In this document: positions 58,539-64,000 of the stretch, one piece after another
Position numbering within the stretch: the stretch's first letter is position 1
Layout of the letters: each line of letters starts with the position of its first letter
DNA from: the human T2T-CHM13v2.0 reference genome, Homo sapiens
Strand: one strand, 5' to 3'
NCBI RefSeq assembly: GCF_009914755.1
Contig: NC_060929.1
Length of the DNA: 64,000 bases
The notes under the pieces: model-generated
The model's input: the letters and a program-made list of their open reading frames with translations, nothing else
Database searches by the model: none
Told to the model about the DNA's origin: nothing
Program-made: the position numbers and the translations under genes

Positions 58539-61500
58539 ACCATATATATTTTTTATTTTTCCATAAGTTATTGGGGTGCAGGTGGTATTTGGTTACATGA
58601 GTAAGTTCTTTAGCAGTGACTTGTGAGATTTTTGTGCACCCATCACCTGAGCCATATACACTGCACCATATTTGTTGTCTTTTATCCCTCGCCCCCCTCC
58701 CACTCTTCCCCTCAAGTCCCCAAAGTCCATTGTATCATTCTTATGCCTTTGTGTCCTGATAACTTAGCTCCCACATATCAGTGAGAACATGCGATGTTTG
58801 GTTTTCCATTCCATAGTTACTTCACTTAGCATAAGTCTCCAGTCTCATCCAGGTCACTGAAAATGCTATTAATTCATTTATTTTTTATGGCTGCATAGTA
58901 TTCCATCATATATATATGATGTGTATATAAATATGATATATATGATGTGTATATATATCCATCATATATATGATTTCTTTATCCACTCGTTGAGTGATGG
59001 GCATTTGGGTTGGTTCCACGATTTTGCTGTTGTGAATTATGCCACTCTAAACATGCGTGTGCAAGTATCTTTTTCGAAGAATGACTTCTTTTCTTCTGGG
59101 TAGATACCCGGTAGTGGGATTGCTGGATCAAATGGTAGCTCTACTTTTAGTTATTTAAGGAATCTCCACACTGTTTTCCATAGTGGCTGTACTAATTTAC
59201 ATGCCCACCAGCAGTGTAGAAGTGTTCCATGTTCACTGCATCCATGCCAACATCTACTGTTTTTTGATTTATTGATTATGTCCATTCTTGCAGGAGTAAG
59301 GGTATTGCATTGTGGTTTCGATTTGAATTTCCCTGATCATTAGTGATTTTGATCATTTTTCCATATTTTTGTTGGCCATTTGTATATCTTCTTTTGAGAA
59401 TTGTCTGGTCACCTCCTTAGCCCACTTTTTGATGGGATTTTTGTTTGTTTGTTTGTTTTTTCTTACTGCTTTGTTTGAGTTCATTGTAGATTGTGGATAT
59501 TAGTCCCGTGTCAGATGCAGAGTTTATGAATATTTTCCCCCACTTTGTGGATTGTTCGTTCAGTTTGAAGACTGTTCCTTTTGCCATGTGAAAGCTCTTT
59601 AGTTTAATTAGGTGCCAGGTATTCATCTTTGTTTTATTGCATTTGCTTGTAGATTGCTTTTAGCAGTATGGTGATTTGAAGTCAGGTAGTGTGATGCCTC
59701 CAGATCTGACCTTTTTGCTTAGTTTTGCTTTGGCTATGCAGGATCTTTTTTGGTTCCATACGAATTACAGAATTGTTTTTTCTAATTCTGTGAAGAATGC
59801 TGATGGTATTTTGATGGGGATTGTGTTTAATTTATAGATTGCTTTGGCAGTATGGCCATTTTCACAATATTGATTCTACCCATCCATGAGCATGGGATGT
59901 GTTTCCATTTGTTTGTCTACGATTTCTTTCAAAAGCATTTTTTTTCAGCTATTGTAAAAGAGGTTGAGTTCTTGTTTTGATTCTCTCCTTGGTTGCTGTT
60001 GGTGTATAGAAGAGCTACTGATTTGTGTACATTAATCTTGTATCTGGAAACTTTGCTGAATTCTTTTATGAGTTCAAGGAGCCTTCTGGAGGAGTCCTTA
60101 GGGTTTTCAAAATAAATGACCATATCGTCAGCGAACAGTGACAGTTTGGCTTCCTCTATACCAATTTGGATGCCCTCTATTTCCTTCTCTTGTCTGATTG
60201 CTCTAGCTAGGACTTACAATATTATGTTGAAGAGGAGTTGTGAGAGTGGGCATCCTTGTCTTGTTCCAGTTCTTAGAGGGAATGCTTTCAACTATTCCCC
60301 GTTCAATAGTATTTTGGCTGTGGGCTTGTCATAGATGGCTTTTATTATATTAAGGTAAGTCCCTTGTGTGCTGATTTTGCTGAGAGTTTTAATCATAAAG
60401 GGATGCTGGATTTTGTCGAATGCTTTTTCTGCACCTATTGAGATGATCATGTGATTTTTGTTTTGAATTCTATTTATGTGGTGTATCACATTTATAGACT
60501 TCCATATGTTAAACCATACATGCATCCCTGGTGTGAAACCCACTTGATCATGATGAAGTATCTTTTTCTTTTTTTTTTTTTTGAGACAGAGTATCACTCT
60601 GTCACCCAGGCTGGAGTGTAGTGGCGCTATCTCTGTTCACTGAAAGCTCTGACTCCCAGGTTCATGCCATTCTCCTGCCTCAGCCTCGTGAATAGCTGGG
60701 ACTACAGGCACCTGCCACCATGCCCGGCTAGTTTTTCCTATGTTTTAGTAGAGACGGGGTTACACCGTGTTAGCCAGGATGGTCTTGATCCCCTGACCTC
60801 GTGATCTGCCCGCCTCAGCCATCCCAAAGTGGTAGGATTACAGGTGTGAGCCACCGCACCCGGCCTGGAGTATCTTTTTGTATGTTGTTAGATTCGGTTA
60901 GCTAGTATTTTGTTAGGGATTTTAGCATCAGTGTTCATCAAGGATACTGGTCGGTAGTTTTCTTTTTTGGTTATGTCCTTTCCTGATTTTGGTATTAGGG
61001 TGATGCTGGCTTCATAAAATGAGTTAGGGAGGGTTCCTTCTTTATCTTGTGGAATAGCGTCAAATGGTTGGTACCAATTCTTCTTTGAAGGTCTGGTAGA
61101 ATTCTGCTGTGAATCCATCTGGCCTTGGACTTTTGTGTTGATAATTTTTTAATTACCATTTCAGTCTCGCTGCTTGTTATTGGTCTGTTCAGGTTATCTA
61201 ATTCTTCTTGATTTACCCTAGGAAGGTTGTATTTTTCAAGGAATTTATCCATCTCTTCTAGGTTTTCTAGTGCCTAAAGGTATTCATAGTAGCCTTGAAT
61301 GAACTTCTGTATTTCAGCAGTGTCACTTGTGATATCTCCTGTTTCATTTCTCAGTGAAGTTATTTGGATTTTCTCCCTTCTTTTCTTGGTTAATCTTCCT
61401 AATGGTCTATCGATTTAACGTATCTTTCCAACAAACAAGCTTTTTGTTTTATTTATGTTTTGTATATTTTTGTTTCAATTTCCTTTAGTTCTGCTCTGAT

Positions 61501-62340
61501 CTTGATAATTTCCTTTCTTCTTCTGGGCTTGGGTTTGGTTTGTTCTTGTTTCTCTAGTTCCTTGAGGTGTGACCTTAGAATGTTAGTTTATGCTCTTTGT
61601 TTTTTCTTTAAGCTATCTATTCCCTTGAATATTTCTCCTATCACTTCTTGTATCATTTTTTTGGATTTCCTTGCATTGGGCTTCTCTTTTCTCTGGTACC
61701 TTCCTGATTAGCTTAATAACTAACCTCCTAAATTCCTTTTCTGGTAAATCAGGGATTTCTTCTTGGTTTGGATCCATTGCTGGTGAACTAGTGTGATTTT
61801 TCCGAGGTGTTAAAGAGCCTTGTTTTGTCATATTACCAGGCCTGGTTTAATGGTTCCTTCTCATTTGTGTAGGCCCTGTCAGAGGGAAGGCCAAGGGCTG
61901 AAGGCTGTTATTTAGATTCTTTTGTCTCACGGGGTGTTCCCTCAATGAAGTACTCTCCCCGTTTTTTATGGATGTGGCTTCCTGTGGACCAAACTGCAGT
62001 GATTGTTGTCTCTCTTCTGGGTCTAGCCACCCAGTGAGTCTACCTGGCTCCGGGCTGGTACTGGGGTTTGTCTGCACGGAGTCCGGTGATGTGAACCGTC
62101 TATGGATCTCTCAGCCGTGGATAACAGCACTTGTTCTGGTGGGGGTGGAGTATTTAGGGTGTCTCCCAGGTCCTGCAGGAGCAGTCCCCTTCCTTCATAG
62201 GGTCTGTGGGTTCTCTCGAGATTGCTGGTTTGTTCTTGCAGTTGATCTGGAGCTAAAATTCACAATGCAAGCTTCCGCAAGCTGCTGTGTCCAGACCTGC
62301 AATCTAGTCCTGCCTCCCATCTGCCATGATGATCCCCTCC
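58539..62340 (-). mobile_element. L1PB1-like LINE with both termini and several internal deletions
   Basis: 3' end 'ccataagttattggggtgcaggtggtatttggttacatgag'; ORF2 remnants (HHDQVGF..., [17 protein letters not shown]); ORF1 N-terminus (MDPNQEEIPDLPEKEFRR); 5' end 'cccatctgccatgatgatcc'; TSD caaactc(t/a)gttttt. Confidence 0.92.
60568..60865 (-). mobile_element. AluY inserted in L1PB1 ORF2
   Basis: 'gttcatgccattctcc' and 'ccgtgttagccaggatggtc'; TSD tg(a/g)agtatcttttt. Confidence 0.95.
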
Positions 62341-63084
62341 CAAACTCAGTTTTTCAAAAAATGACTTTAATCAGTTGAGTCACTGACAAGTAAATGATCT
62401 TAATCACCAACATCCCACACAGCAAACAGTAAGAAAGTGAAGGGAAGGTAAGAGGAATGAAGGGGAGATAAGGTAAGGTAAGATAATGTAAGGTAAAAAG
62501 TAAAGTTAAAGTACAGAAAAGTGATTTTTCCTTTATTTTTTAGAGATGGTCAACAGAAAAGGGAATACTTTGCTTTACTTTGCATTTTCATGAAGGGATA
62601 GTCACGTATTTTCTATTAAAAATTTATTTTTCTAAGACTTTGTTAGCTTGATATATTTCCCGTAGTTGAGAAATTAGAGCACATTCAATCAAACAAAACA
62701 ATGAATAGAAAAGTAGTAAAATCACGAAATACTAAATTAGCAAAGTGATTAATGAAATGGTAGATCACCCTTTCCCCTCTAGTACAACTTTCTTAAAGAG
62801 AAATCTTTTAAAAATAAATGCTAGAGACTTTTGAAATAGCCTTTAAACTGGTAAATATTTAACACAACAAAATTAATAAGCATGAGTAGGATCCTATAAT
62901 ACTACAAAATGTTATTATAAACAGTAATAATTAAAGATTAAATAACAAACGCTGTGATGTGGTCAGAATTTATAATTAAAATTATAATTAACTAGACATG
63001 ATGATATTATAAGTCTTCTCAACCTCTATATATTAACCATGAAGAAAACAACGTGAATGCTATTGGATTCATTAAAAAAAAAAA

Positions 63085-63575
63085 GGACGCATTTTAAAAG
63101 CAGGTTTAGGTGCACAAAAAAATGAAGTAGGAAATATAGAGTTTTCCTATGTCCCTTTATTTACCTTGCCCTCACCCTGCAGTGTTCTCCATTAATAACA
63201 TTCTGTGTTAGGATGGTACTTTTTTTATACAATTGATAAGCCAATACTGATACATTATTATCAACTATAGTCCATAGTTTACATTATGGTTCACTGTTTG
63301 TGTGAAGTTAACAACAGTGCTAACTATGTGCATATATTCTATGGGTTTTAACAAATATGGAATGATATGTACCCACTATTCCAGTATCATATAGGACAGT
63401 TTCACCTCCCTCAACCTGGAACCTTAGCAACCACTGATCATTTCACTGTCTTCGTACTTTAGCCTCTTCCAGAAAGTCATATAATTAAAATTATACAGTA
63501 TGTAGCACTTACAGATCAGTTTATATCACTTAGCAATGTGCATTTAAGGTTTTCCCATGTCTTTTCAGGCTAGAG
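63085..63575 (-). mobile_element. L1MC1-like 3' end
   Basis: 'caattgataagccaatactgatacattattatcaactatagtccatagtttacatt'. Confidence 0.8.
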
Positions 63576-63578
63576 AAC

Positions 63579-64000
63579 TTTTTTTTTTTATATATACTTT
63601 AAGTTCTGGGCTACATGTGCAGAACATACAGTTTCAGTACATAAGTATACATGTGCCATGGTGGTTTGCTACATCCATCAACCCGTCATCTACATTCGGG
63701 ATTTCTCCTAATGCTATCTCTCCTCCAGGCCCCCACCCCCCAAGAGGCCATGGTGTGTGATGCCCGCCACCCCCCACAGTGTCCATGTGTTCTCATTGTT
63801 CAGCTGTCACTTATGAATGAGAACATGCAGTGTTTGGTTTTCTGTTCTTGTGTTAGTTTGCTGAGAATGAGGGTTTCCAGCTTCATCCATGTCCCTGCAA
63901 AGGACATGAACTCATCCTTTTTTATGGATGCATAGTAATCCATGGCGTATATGAGCCACATTTTCTTATCCAGTCTATCATTGATGGGTATTTGGGTTGG
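63579..64000 (-). mobile_element. L1PA5-7-like 3' end (runs off the window)
   Basis: 'tatactttaagttctggg...catgtgccatggtggtttgct'. Confidence 0.9.

Overview
AT-rich primate (probably human or great-ape) genomic DNA that looks like a large intron or gene desert. I see no CpG island, recognisable protein-coding exon, RNA gene or intact transposon ORF. The ORFs I could assign fall in Alu, L1, L2, LTR or low-complexity sequence, and none of the rest resembles a protein I recognise. The window holds about 20 Alu, FLAM or FRAM pieces, about 10 L1 fragments (L1MC/ME to L1PA3-4), L2 and MIR relics, solo LTRs (MSTA, MLT1, MLT2A1/A2, MER39, MER50, LTR22, LTR33-like), MER30 and MER53 DNA-transposon relics, and microsatellites. 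Subfamily names come from remembered consensus sequences, not a RepeatMasker run. I found no convincing new biological system. The most interesting structures are mutational scars: (1) a ~0.7-kb polyadenylated, TSD-flanked retrocopy or orphan transduction carrying older repeats inside a younger L1; (2) a ~135-bp non-repeat local duplication with an exon-like core; (3) short templated insertions; (4) twin-primed L1 inversions; (5) a TSD-bounded L1PB1 collapsed by serial deletions; (6) palindromes next to tandem duplications. There are also weak candidate exons and PBX-HOX/MEIS motif pairs.
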